Source: Candidatus Latescibacterota bacterium
Lineage (GTDB): Bacteria; Latescibacterota; UBA2968; GCA-2709665
Direction: 5' to 3'
DNA: 64,000 bases
Assembly (NCBI GenBank): GCA_965198095.1
Contig: OZ240239.1
Coordinates: 1,785,869-1,849,868 of the forward strand
Shown here: in pieces, positions 17,431-26,295 of the stretch
Numbering within the stretch: the stretch's first letter is position 1
Layout: each line of letters opens with the position of its first letter
Made by a program: the position numbers and the translations under genes
Notes under the pieces: model-generated
Database searches by the model: none
Told to the model about the DNA's origin: nothing
What the model saw: only the letters and a program-made list of their open reading frames with translations

Positions 17431-19185
17431 ATGAAACGGATCGCACGATACACGATGCAGCGAAAGATGGTCCTGACCCTCTGCGGTCTCGGCTTCGGGC
17501 TCGCCTGGAATGCGACCCCGATTTTCGGGCAGCCTCCCGCCCGGGCGGAAATTCTGTGTTGCGTGCGGGTTGAGGGGGCGCACAGGATGTCCGAGGATCG
17601 CGTGAAGGACTGGCTGCTGACCCGGCCGGGAGCCGCGTTGAACAGGCGGGTGCTGGAGCAGGATCTGGATCGGATCCTGAATGGCTATCGATCGGCGGGC
17701 TACTGGCAGGTGTCGATTCAGCGTCCGGAGGTCAAGCTTTCGGGAGGCCGAACCTCGGTCGTCTTCAGGGTTCGCGAGGGGGAGCCGACGCGGATCGCGT
17801 CGGTCGACCTGATTGGAAACCGTCAGGTCGCACGTGACGCGTTGATGGACGTGATGCGCACCCGACCCGGTATGCGGCTCCAGCAGAATCGTCTTGAAGT
17901 GGACCTGGAGGCGATTCTGAATCTGTACGAACAGCGAGGCTACCCCTATTGCGTACTGCGCCCGGACGTGTCCGTCAGGCCCGGGAGCGACGTGACGCAC
18001 GTGCGCGTCGCGATTGAAGAGGGCCCGTTCGTGCGGATCGACACGATTCTCTTCGCGGGGAATCACACCACGAAGGGAGAAGTTCTCGAACGCGAGACGA
18101 GGCTTCGGTTGGGCGAGTCCTACGACCAGCGACGCGTAGATCGGGCGGTGCAGAACCTGCGGAGGCTGCCCTACCTCCTGGCCGTAGAGCCGCCGCGATT
18201 GGACCGCGTCTCCTTTCCGGGTCGAACGGCGCTGGTCGTGGACGTCCGAGAGCACGGCGCGGGCCGGGTGGAAGGCGGTCTGGGGTATGCGCCTGACCCC
18301 CGGGGCGCGAGCCACGGACTGATGGGTCAGTTCGCAATCGACTTCCCCAGCTTCCTGGGGACCGGCCGGGGGATTCACGCCTCGTGGGGGCGTCGAGGTC
18401 CGGAGGCCTCGGACTTGGCGCTGCGGTATCGTGAGCCGTGGGCGTTCGGCTATCCCGTCTCGGGCGCGTTCCGTCTCCAGGTGCGAGAGCGTGCCGGCTA
18501 CGTGGAAAACGAACTGGGCGGCTCGGCCACGTTTTCGGCCACCCCGGCCCTCAGCGTCCGGATGGGGCTCCGCCGGGAGCGTGTCAAGCCTGGCCCGAGT
18601 GAACTTCCGGGCGAGATCGGGAGCCGGCTCTGGGGCGTCGAAGCGGGCGTGCGATACGACACTCGCGACGATCTGTGGAACCCGAGGTCGGGCGTCCTCT
18701 ACGTCGGGACGTTCAACTGGGGTATGGCCAGAAAGGGCGAAGACAGAAGATTGCGCCGAGAATACGCCGTTGCGCTGGCGCACGTTCTGCCCACGGGCCG
18801 GCGGTCCGTCACGGCGGTCTCGATTCAGACGCGAGGCGTGATGCAGGGCGGCGGCGTGCCTCCCGAGGCGCGTCTGCCCCTGGGGGGCAGCGCGACGGTC
18901 CGCGGCTACCGCGAGGAGGCCTTCCTGGCGACACAGGCCTCGTGGATGAATCTGGAGTGGCGCCTGCTCCTGGGACGGCGTTCCCGCGCGTTTCTCTTCT
19001 GCGACCTGGGCGTCCTGCGGGAGCCGGGGTCAGACGGAGATGCCGCGTGGATCTTCCCCGTTGGATACGGGGCGGGCGTTCGGGTCGAGAGCCGGATGGG
19101 CGTGATCGGGCTTGACTACGGCCTCTCCAGAGAAGAACGCCCGGGCCAGGGAAAGGTGCATCTGCGCGTGGCGAACGCATTCTGA
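17431..19185 (+). CDS. Omp85 family protein, three POTRA domains plus 16-strand barrel (BamA/TamA family, TamA-like size)
   Basis: POTRA-like repeats (VRVEGAHRMSEDRVKDWL..., IASVDLIGNRQVARDAL..., IDTILFAGNHTTKGEVL...). Barrel carries the L6 motif TVRGY and ends ...GKVHLRVANAF. Confidence 0.8.
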   Translation: MKRIARYTMQRKMVLTLCGLGFGLAWNATPIFGQPPARAEILCCVRVEGAHRMSEDRVKDWLLTRPGAALNRRVLEQDLDRILNGYRSAGYWQVSIQRPEVKLSGGRTSVVFRVREGEPTRIASVDLIGNRQVARDALMDVMRTRPGMRLQQNRLEVDLEAILNLYEQRGYPYCVLRPDVSVRPGSDVTHVRVAIEEGPFVRIDTILFAGNHTTKGEVLERETRLRLGESYDQRRVDRAVQNLRRLPYLLAVEPPRLDRVSFPGRTALVVDVREHGAGRVEGGLGYAPDPRGASHGLMGQFAIDFPSFLGTGRGIHASWGRRGPEASDLALRYREPWAFGYPVSGAFRLQVRERAGYVENELGGSATFSATPALSVRMGLRRERVKPGPSELPGEIGSRLWGVEAGVRYDTRDDLWNPRSGVLYVGTFNWGMARKGEDRRLRREYAVALAHVLPTGRRSVTAVSIQTRGVMQGGGVPPEARLPLGGSATVRGYREEAFLATQASWMNLEWRLLLGRRSRAFLFCDLGVLREPGSDGDAAWIFPVGYGAGVRVESRMGVIGLDYGLSREERPGQGKVHLRVANAF

Positions 19186-19455
19186 AAGGCGTGCGTCCCG
19201 GCGCTCCACGTCGGCGGGGATGACGCAGTTGCCGGCCGCTTCGCAAGCTTCCTTCACGACGCGCCTCCATGCATCGGACGCGGCGCTGATCACGTCCCGG
19301 CCCCGTGCGCTCCGTTTCGGCTGTCTGAGCGGGGTCCTGCGCGTTCCGGGCTCCGACCCTCCGAATTTCTCCTACGATAACCTCTCCGGGGAATTGTCTG
19401 CGGGCCGTCGAGGACGCAGGGTCCGCGTGCCGGGGATGGGTCGTTGAAGCGTCTG

Positions 19456-20184
19456 CTATCGTTTCGCAACCCGCTCGGCGATCGCGTCGATCATGCGCCT
19501 GCTTTCCGCCCGAGCTTCGGCCAGACCCTCCGGCGTCACCGATCCGCCCGTGGCGTAGTTGAGCACGACGGCTTCAGCCGCGGCGTACGGCTCCAGAACG
19601 TGGGCCAGGTCCGAGGCGATGTCGTTCGGGATCGTGGTGACCCCGTTCCAGTCGCCGTGGATCAGATCACCGGGGAAGACGGCGGTGCCGCCGACGCGAA
19701 CCTGGACGTTGATCTCCAGGGTGTGGGAATAGGCGTGGGCGCAGATGGCGCCGTTGCTGAAGGTGGGAAACCCGATCGCCCGGACCTGTTCCAGGTCTCG
19801 CGCGGCGCCGCTGGTCACGAGGCCGACCGCCCCGAAGGCCTGGAAGCAGGTGCACATGACGTCGCCGAACGTGGCGGCAACCGGAGGGTCGTCCAGGTCT
19901 TGATAGACCACGACCACCGGGCCGGGCAGGTCCTGGAAGGTTGCGACTTGCTTGTCGATCGTGGCGTAGACGTCACCCTCCCGGGACGGCACGTCGGACC
20001 GGTAGGTGGCCGTAGTCGCGTAGCCGACCATCGGCGGCATTTCCGGGAAGTTGCACTTGATGCGGCTGTCCATGTAGCCGGTGTTCTGGGGGCGGACCTT
20101 GAAGCATTCAATGGCGTTGCAGACCGTGGGCGTGTCGTATTTGCGAAGCAGGTCGAGGTCTTCCTTGGAGAGGCCGGTAGCCAT
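19456..20184 (-). CDS. RraA family protein (RraA / 4-hydroxy-4-methyl-2-oxoglutarate aldolase-like fold)
   Basis: YDTPTVCNAIE...VVVYQD...ATFGDVMCTCFQAFGAVGLVTSGAARDLEQV...FPTFSNG. Confidence 0.7.
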   Translation of the reverse strand: MATGLSKEDLDLLRKYDTPTVCNAIECFKVRPQNTGYMDSRIKCNFPEMPPMVGYATTATYRSDVPSREGDVYATIDKQVATFQDLPGPVVVVYQDLDDPPVAATFGDVMCTCFQAFGAVGLVTSGAARDLEQVRAIGFPTFSNGAICAHAYSHTLEINVQVRVGGTAVFPGDLIHGDWNGVTTIPNDIASDLAHVLEPYAAAEAVVLNYATGGSVTPEGLAEARAESRRMIDAIAERVAKR

Positions 20185-20328
20185 GTGTTGCTCCTTTCCG
20201 GGTGAGATGATCTTACGATGGGGCGGATGCGCGTCTCTTGGAGCGCATCGTCTCGTTAAGCGGAACTCGCCTGATGAGCCGGATCTTATGAGATGCCTGT
20301 CCGGCCTTTCGCGGTCTGCCGTCCGTCG

Positions 20329-21168
20329 TCAGGTTCTCTCCCATCGACTGGGGTCGATGCCCGGCGCCACGCTTTTCATGTCTGCCGGTTTGTGGCCGCC
20401 GTCGAAGACCCACTCGCGGGTGTTGCGGTCCTGGAAGAAGGGTTTCACGGCGTCGGGGAGCGCAGCCAGTTTTTCCGGATCCCACGGCTCGACTTCACGC
20501 AGGGGTCCAGCCCAGCCCGGACGGTAGGCGATGGCGAGCATGGCGCGGGGTTGGTCGCCGACGTTGGGGAAGTTGCCGTGGAAGACCCTGTGGTTGATGA
20601 AGCAGGCGCCGCCGGCCTTTGCGGTGACCATCAGCGCTTCGGGATGATCCTCGAACCGCCGGTAGGGATTGGCGTCGGCGTGGAAGGAGAGGTGGGAGCG
20701 GGGAATCACGCGGAACGGGGAGATTTCCGGCGTGAGGTCGTCCAGGTAGTAGAGGACGCGTACCATCGCGGGCACGCTGCCGAGGTAGCCGAAGATCTCG
20801 GAGCCGTAGGGCTGTCCGTCGGTGTGGAGGCTGATGCCGGGGTGCCCGGGCTCGGAGCGGGCGTAGTTGTAGTGCGAGAAGACGATCGTGTCGCCGAAGA
20901 GCTCGCGGAGGAAGGCGATCGTGGGTGGATAGGCGATGAGGTCGGTGAGCGCCCCGCCGAGCCACTGGAGGTCGCGCGCGCCCCGCTGACGCACGCTGTA
21001 GTCGGTATGGCGGGTCTCCAGGCTGTCCGTGATCGACTTCAACCGGGCGAGATGATCGGGCGGGAGCAGGTCGGGAATGACGACGTAGCCCTCGACTTCG
21101 AGCTGGCGGATGCGCTCGCCGAGGGTGAGCCTGGACCAGTCGCGGTCGTCGATTTTGGGTGATGGCAT
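20329..21168 (-). CDS. Phytanoyl-CoA dioxygenase (PhyH) family Fe(II)/2-oxoglutarate oxygenase, copy 1
   Basis: GISLHTDGQPYG (HxD) and FINHRVFHGNFPN (distal His). Start at MPSPKIDDRDW (21168). Paralogous to 21177..22019. Confidence 0.75.
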   Translation of the reverse strand: MPSPKIDDRDWSRLTLGERIRQLEVEGYVVIPDLLPPDHLARLKSITDSLETRHTDYSVRQRGARDLQWLGGALTDLIAYPPTIAFLRELFGDTIVFSHYNYARSEPGHPGISLHTDGQPYGSEIFGYLGSVPAMVRVLYYLDDLTPEISPFRVIPRSHLSFHADANPYRRFEDHPEALMVTAKAGGACFINHRVFHGNFPNVGDQPRAMLAIAYRPGWAGPLREVEPWDPEKLAALPDAVKPFFQDRNTREWVFDGGHKPADMKSVAPGIDPSRWERT

Positions 21169-21176
21169 ACGGGCTC

Positions 21177-22019
21177 CTAAGTTCGGTTCCACCGGCTCGG
21201 ATTCATCCCCGGCGCCCCGCGGGCCATACCGGCCGGTTTGTTGCCCCCGCCGAAGTCCCAGTGCCGCCTGTTCGGATCTCCATAGAGCGGCCGTATGTGA
21301 TCCGGGAGCTTGGCGACTTCGGCCTCGTCCCAGCGCGGGACCTCGTCTACCGGACCGGCCCAGGCAGGGCGATACGCGATGGCCAGCATCTCGCGAGACC
21401 GGTCGCCGGTGTTGGGATAGTTGCCGTGAAAGGTGAAGTGGTTCAGGAAGACGGCCGAACCGGCCTTCGCCGGGACCATGACCTCTTCGGGATGGGAGGC
21501 GTAGCGGGTGTAGGGATTCCGGTCGACGTGAAACGAGAGGTGGGACCTGGGGACGACGCGAAAGGGAGAGACGTCCTGCGTGAGGTCGTCCAGGTAGTAG
21601 AGCACCCGTACGATCTTCGGGCAGGTCCCCTCGTGGCCGAAGATCCTGGAGCCCCAGGGTTGGCCGTCCGTGTGCAGGCTGATGCCCGGGTGGCCCGGCT
21701 CGGAGCGCTGGTAGTCGTAGGAGACGACGAGGATTTCCTCGCCGCAGAGTGCCTTCAGGAAGGCGATCGTCGGGGAATGGGCCGCGAGCTCGGTGATCGC
21801 CCCGCCCACGAATTCGATGTGTGAGCAGCTCTGTTTGTAGACGCTGTAGTCGACGCCGACGGTCGGGAGTTTCGCCGTCTGGGCCTTGAGCTCAGCGATC
21901 CGGTCCGGTGCGAGCAGGTCGGGCATGACGAAGTAGCCCTCGACTTCGACCTGACGGATGCGCTCGCCGAGCGTAAGCCTGGACCAATCGCGATCATCGA
22001 TGTTCGGTGATGACATCAT
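21177..22019 (-). CDS. Phytanoyl-CoA dioxygenase (PhyH) family Fe(II)/2-oxoglutarate oxygenase, copy 2
   Basis: GISLHTDGQPWG and FLNHFTFHGNYPN. N-terminus MMSSPNIDDRDWSRLTLGERIRQVEVEGY nearly identical to copy 1. Confidence 0.75.
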   Translation of the reverse strand: MMSSPNIDDRDWSRLTLGERIRQVEVEGYFVMPDLLAPDRIAELKAQTAKLPTVGVDYSVYKQSCSHIEFVGGAITELAAHSPTIAFLKALCGEEILVVSYDYQRSEPGHPGISLHTDGQPWGSRIFGHEGTCPKIVRVLYYLDDLTQDVSPFRVVPRSHLSFHVDRNPYTRYASHPEEVMVPAKAGSAVFLNHFTFHGNYPNTGDRSREMLAIAYRPAWAGPVDEVPRWDEAEVAKLPDHIRPLYGDPNRRHWDFGGGNKPAGMARGAPGMNPSRWNRT

Positions 22020-22028
22020 GCCCTCCGC

Positions 22029-22640
22029 CTATCGTTGGCTATCCGTTTGTATTTCATTCGCCTCGACCGTATGGACGCGCCCGGCCAGGCTGTCCCGTCC
22101 CATTTCGATCCTCAGTGCGGAACTTTCCGTAACCACGGCCTTTACCGCGGCGTTGTCCACAAGAGACTTGAGTTGCGCGTCCCAGTCATCGAGGTTCTGG
22201 ACCTCGTCGAAGAAGAGATAAGCCTTCCGGCCGTCTCGCGCCAGTGCGTTGAAACGATCGTCCGTTATCTTCCGTTCAAACCAGTTGGAGATGGAGAGAA
22301 TCGGCGCCTCAATTCCTCGCAGTGAGGCCAATTCATCGAACTGGACCCGGAGGATGTTCGTGGGAGGCACACCTTCGTCAAGCAAGTCCGCGATGATCTG
22401 AAACTGTGCTGTCGTCTTTCCAACCTGGCGAGGTCCGCGCACCACGACAATCGGAGCGATCTCAGCTTCCAGAAGACGACGTATCTGTGCGACCAGGTGG
22501 CGGCGCGTCCTCGGCGGCGGGGGCATGGGCGCGTCCTCCCACCATGGGTTCAGACGACGTAAGTCAGCGGCCAATTGCGGCGAAATTCCATGATCAAGAA
22601 AAAGTGAGCCCTGCGTTCTCACCATTTTTGCTTCCCTCAA
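22029..22640 (-). CDS. AAA+ ATPase of the AAA_14/DUF4143-associated type, apparently C-terminally truncated
   Basis: LNPWWE... then Walker A VVVRGPRQVGKTT and Walker B YLFFDEVQ. Proteins of this type are, as I recall, about 400 aa with a DUF4143 C-domain. This one ends after 203 aa, 10 nt before the next gene. Confidence 0.55.
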   Translation of the reverse strand: MREAKMVRTQGSLFLDHGISPQLAADLRRLNPWWEDAPMPPPPRTRRHLVAQIRRLLEAEIAPIVVVRGPRQVGKTTAQFQIIADLLDEGVPPTNILRVQFDELASLRGIEAPILSISNWFERKITDDRFNALARDGRKAYLFFDEVQNLDDWDAQLKSLVDNAAVKAVVTESSALRIEMGRDSLAGRVHTVEANEIQTDSQR

Positions 22641-22956
22641 CCCAATGCTGGTTGTTTCGCCTACAAGCTGTACAGCTCACAGACCAGCCGGGCTATGTCC
22701 GCTTGCCGCGCGCTCGTTTCGACAGGCTCGACGAGCGCGACGAGCATTGCTGCCCCGGATCCCGGACCTGTCTATGCGAGCTTGTCGAGGTCGTCGAAGT
22801 GCGCGCCACAATGGCAATTTCCCGTCTTTCCTGACCTCGATGGAGACAGCTCTTTTCCGAGCGAGTCATATCATCCATCTGCCGGCTTGCCTGGCGGCTT
22901 TTTCTGTCCAACGGATAGGTGAAAGATAGCGAATTTTCCGGAAGGAGGTAAAACCA

Positions 22957-25230
22957 TCAGGCCGGCTTGATCTGCATCAGCGATGGCGGCGGGTGTGGGT
23001 TGAAGGAGAGGACGTCCATCGGGCAGACGGTGACGCAGATGCCGCAGCCGATGCAGGAACTGTTCGAATTGTCGAGCACCTCCTGCTTCAGGGCGAAGGA
23101 CATCACGTCGATCCCGACCAGGCAGTTTCGGGAGCAGTCGTTGCAGGCGATGCACTTGTCGTTGGCGGTGATGTGGTATCGACTGACGCCCAGCTTGACG
23201 TAGAGCTTGGACATGAGGTCCATCATTTTGGCGAGGGGGCACCAGTAGCGGCACCAGATCTTGCCTCCGAGGAAGGGATAGAGCGTGACCGGGAGGATGC
23301 CGATGAGCCAGACGTCGACCGAGATGCGGTAGACCGTCATGGAGAGGTCGGCCTGCGCGTAGAGCAGACCCCAGATATCCTTGGCCAGCATGAGGACGGT
23401 AACGGCGGCGGCCATGATGAGGACGGCCATGTTCATCCGCTCCCACTTCAGGGCGGCCTTGCCCTTCGGCGCCATGTGCCGCCACCGGTCCCCGAAGGTC
23501 TCCGCCAAGCCGCCGCATCCGCAGATCCAGGAGCAGTAGCGCTTCCCGTTGAAGAGGACGAAGATGGGGATGATGACGAAGGAGAGGAGCACACCCCAAA
23601 TGACCCAGATCTGATGCGGGTTGTAGAAGAAGGTGTAGAAGAAGAGCGGCCAGGCATAGACGATGCCGTAGCTGCGCCACGCCTGCTCGGAGAAGACGGG
23701 GTCGCTGGCCAGGTCGCCGACCCAGCGGAACCTGACGGCCCACTGAAACAGGAACTCGGGGATGATGAAGAAGAAGACAACCTGGAAACCGATCAGGCAG
23801 ACGAAGCGCCAGACCTGAAAGCGGTCGTTTCTGTCCAGGCCCCAGCGTTTCAGGGCCTGGATGCCGAAGACGAGCATCAGCAGCGTGTAGAGCACGGTGT
23901 ACCAGAAGCTCCACGGGCGATCGAGGAAGGAGAGCGCGGCGTAGCCCCAGTTCCTGAACGGCCAGAACTCCTCTCCGGTCCCCACTTTGACCCCGTAGAT
24001 CGTGTACCAGATCAGGAAGGAAAGGCAGAGCCAGGCCCACCGGTCTCCGGCACGGCCGAGGAGAAGGAGGGCGACGACGGAGACGCCGGCGAGCAGGAGG
24101 CCGGCAACCTCGGAGAGGGAACCGCTGGCTTCGGGAAAGAGATCGGTCTGCCCGCCCGCGAACCAGAGGCCGGCGAGGGCGGCGAGGGCGATGGCAAGGC
24201 TGCGGAGGAGCGAGCCGCTCCATTCATTCTCCAGCCGGATACCGAGCGATTTGAGGAAGGTGACCGGGACCTCCGATCCGATCAGGACGAAGGCGTGGTC
24301 GATCGGAACCGTCACCTCGGTGTCACCCTCGACGGACAGGAGCGCCGAGCCGTTGTCGAAACCCGCGACGTTGGAACTGAGGATGAGGCGGATCCTTCCG
24401 GCCTCGACGGCCTGATCCAGCGCGCTGCGGTTGTCCTTGAAGAGGCGGGAGAACGCTGCCGCGCGATAGGAGAGGATGACCCGGTTTTGCTCACTGAGCG
24501 TCAGTGCCGCTTCGACGGCGCTGTTGCCGCCGCCCACGACCAGGATGTCTTCACCGTGATAGTTGCGCGGGCTGTAGAGCCTGTGGTAGACCCGCTCCTG
24601 TTCTTCGCCCGGCACGCCGAGCTTGCGCGGGTTGCCTCGCTGGCCGGTCGCGAGGACGACCCGGCAGGCGCGATAGGTGGCCTTCGGCGTCGTGATCGTG
24701 AACAGGCCGAACTCCTTTGAGAGCCCGGTCAGAGGTTCTTCGGCGCGTACGTCGATCCGATTTTCATCCACGATCTGGTGCCACCGTTTGATCAAGTCTT
24801 CCTTTCGCGCCCCGTCCAGCCAGAGCTTGCCCTTCGGGGGCGCCGTATCGGGCTCTGCGTAAACCCATTTGCCTTCCGGGAAGTTTTCGATCGTGTTGGC
24901 GATCTTCCCCTTCTCCAGCAGGAGGCAGGACAGGCCCTTCTCCTTGGCGGCGAGTGCGGCATTGAGGCCGGCCGCGCCGGCACCGACGACGATCACGTCC
25001 AGAATGTCCTCGCGCGGCTTGCTCGGGCGAGGCAGGCCGGCGATGTGCTCGATCGTGTCGACGCCCTGCGCCATGGCCAGCTTGATCACGGGGGCGCCGG
25101 CCAGGTCCCCGACGATGAAGAGACCGGGGATATTGCTTTCCCGGTCTTTGGAGAGCTGTGGGCGTCGGGACGGGCCGTCCGCCGTCGCAAAGAGATGCGT
25201 TTCCAACCAGGTCTGAATCTGTCGAAACAA
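22957..25230 (-). CDS. Fusion of an FAD/NAD(P)-dependent pyridine-nucleotide-disulfide-type oxidoreductase with a polytopic NapH/YccM-like 4Fe-4S (polyferredoxin) membrane domain
   Basis: DVIVVGAGAAGLNAALAA (FAD), ILVVGGGNSAVEAAL (NAD(P)H), then about 8 hydrophobic helices. Cys motifs follow: CSWICGCGG, CRYWCPLAK, and a 2x[4Fe-4S] ferredoxin CIACNDCSRNC...CIGCGICVTVCP. Start uncertain: TTG 25230 after AAAGGA is chosen because ORF 25272..25925 occupies the upstream part. Confidence 0.65.
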   Translation of the reverse strand: MFRQIQTWLETHLFATADGPSRRPQLSKDRESNIPGLFIVGDLAGAPVIKLAMAQGVDTIEHIAGLPRPSKPREDILDVIVVGAGAAGLNAALAAKEKGLSCLLLEKGKIANTIENFPEGKWVYAEPDTAPPKGKLWLDGARKEDLIKRWHQIVDENRIDVRAEEPLTGLSKEFGLFTITTPKATYRACRVVLATGQRGNPRKLGVPGEEQERVYHRLYSPRNYHGEDILVVGGGNSAVEAALTLSEQNRVILSYRAAAFSRLFKDNRSALDQAVEAGRIRLILSSNVAGFDNGSALLSVEGDTEVTVPIDHAFVLIGSEVPVTFLKSLGIRLENEWSGSLLRSLAIALAALAGLWFAGGQTDLFPEASGSLSEVAGLLLAGVSVVALLLLGRAGDRWAWLCLSFLIWYTIYGVKVGTGEEFWPFRNWGYAALSFLDRPWSFWYTVLYTLLMLVFGIQALKRWGLDRNDRFQVWRFVCLIGFQVVFFFIIPEFLFQWAVRFRWVGDLASDPVFSEQAWRSYGIVYAWPLFFYTFFYNPHQIWVIWGVLLSFVIIPIFVLFNGKRYCSWICGCGGLAETFGDRWRHMAPKGKAALKWERMNMAVLIMAAAVTVLMLAKDIWGLLYAQADLSMTVYRISVDVWLIGILPVTLYPFLGGKIWCRYWCPLAKMMDLMSKLYVKLGVSRYHITANDKCIACNDCSRNCLVGIDVMSFALKQEVLDNSNSSCIGCGICVTVCPMDVLSFNPHPPPSLMQIKPA

Positions 25231-25271
25231 GTCAGACGTTCCTTTCAGATCGTTTGACCGGAGGGGAAGGG

Positions 25272-25925
25272 CTAGGGGTCGAGTCCGCTCCGTTCCACTT
25301 CTGACGAGAGGGCCGGGTTCAGGGCGGCTCCGCACGCCGGACACTGCTTCGCGGAGGGGTGATTCGCCGCGTTGCACGCGGGACACCGCGCCGGGTTGGC
25401 CGTGTTCGGAATCTTGGCCAGGTTCGGCGGCAGAGAAACCTCGCTATCCGGGCGGCGTCTCAGCGCGAGCAGCAGGCCGACGAGGTGGGTGGCCAGCCCG
25501 ATCGCAAACCACCTCGCGGGTGGGAGGCCTTTGCGCAGGGCAATGTGAGTACAGAGCGCCGCAGAGATCAGGCCTGCCGCCAACCATATACTCGACCATA
25601 GCCAGCCCGAGCCCATCGCCGTCTCGAGTATCGCGTCTTCCTGGAACAGGGCGCCCTTGGGCTTCAGCTTGGAAATATACTTCAGGGGATGCTGGAAAAA
25701 CGTTTCGACGTGAAGAGCGTCGACAGTGACGCGTTTGCCCCGGTAGATAAAGGCGATCCCGCCGTCGACCAGCTCGACGCCGCAGACGAAGCAACGGTCG
25801 CCCTGTTTGAGCGGAACCGGCTTCGTGTCGGCGATGTTGTCCGCGGAAAGGGATTGGAAGGAAACGAGGATCGAACAGGCCGCGGCCGCGGGCAGCATCT
25901 TGAATCTGAAACGGGTCGCGGGCAT
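25272..25925 (-). CDS. Membrane protein with an N-terminal Cys-containing periplasmic domain, two TM helices and a C-terminal double CPAC zinc-ribbon
   Basis: Signal-like MLPAAAACSILVSFQSLSA, then GDRCFVCGVELVDGGIAFIYRGKRV (YHS/TRASH-like?). TM segments GWLWSSIWLAAGLISAAL and WFAIGLATHLVGLLLAL. Ends CPACNAANHPSAKQCPACGAAL. Confidence 0.5.
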   Translation of the reverse strand: MPATRFRFKMLPAAAACSILVSFQSLSADNIADTKPVPLKQGDRCFVCGVELVDGGIAFIYRGKRVTVDALHVETFFQHPLKYISKLKPKGALFQEDAILETAMGSGWLWSSIWLAAGLISAALCTHIALRKGLPPARWFAIGLATHLVGLLLALRRRPDSEVSLPPNLAKIPNTANPARCPACNAANHPSAKQCPACGAALNPALSSEVERSGLDP

Positions 25926-26211
25926 TGCGATGGGCCTTCCCGGAATCGGTCGCCTGGTCGACCGGCCGTATCAGGGGCAGGCCAGAAGCGCCTGCCAAGC
26001 GCGTTTTGGACAGCACGCGTACAGCGTAGGGGGTTGACGGTCTCGCACGCGGTCGGAGAGGCCAACCGTTCAGCCCTCTCCGGCGTCGAGATGCGGTCTC
26101 ACCTATGATTCTAAGAAAATGAACCCACGCGTGCAAGCCCATTGTGACGATCCTGCGCGTGCGGGGACAGAACGCCACGCGCCCGGCGGAGATCGTGACC
26201 TCGAAAATCGC

Positions 26212-26240
26212 TTGACACACGTGATTCGCAACGGGATATT
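26212..26240 (+). promoter_or_regulatory. Putative promoter for the M20 peptidase gene (TTGACA-17-GATATT)
   Basis: TTGACA 26212..26217, 17-nt spacer, GATATT 26235..26240, about 55 nt upstream of ATG 26296. Confidence 0.4.
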
Positions 26241-26295
26241 GGCTCGCTTTTTCGTGTTTCGGCGGGTGTCGAAGATCGCGTGAAGGAGAACCGGG

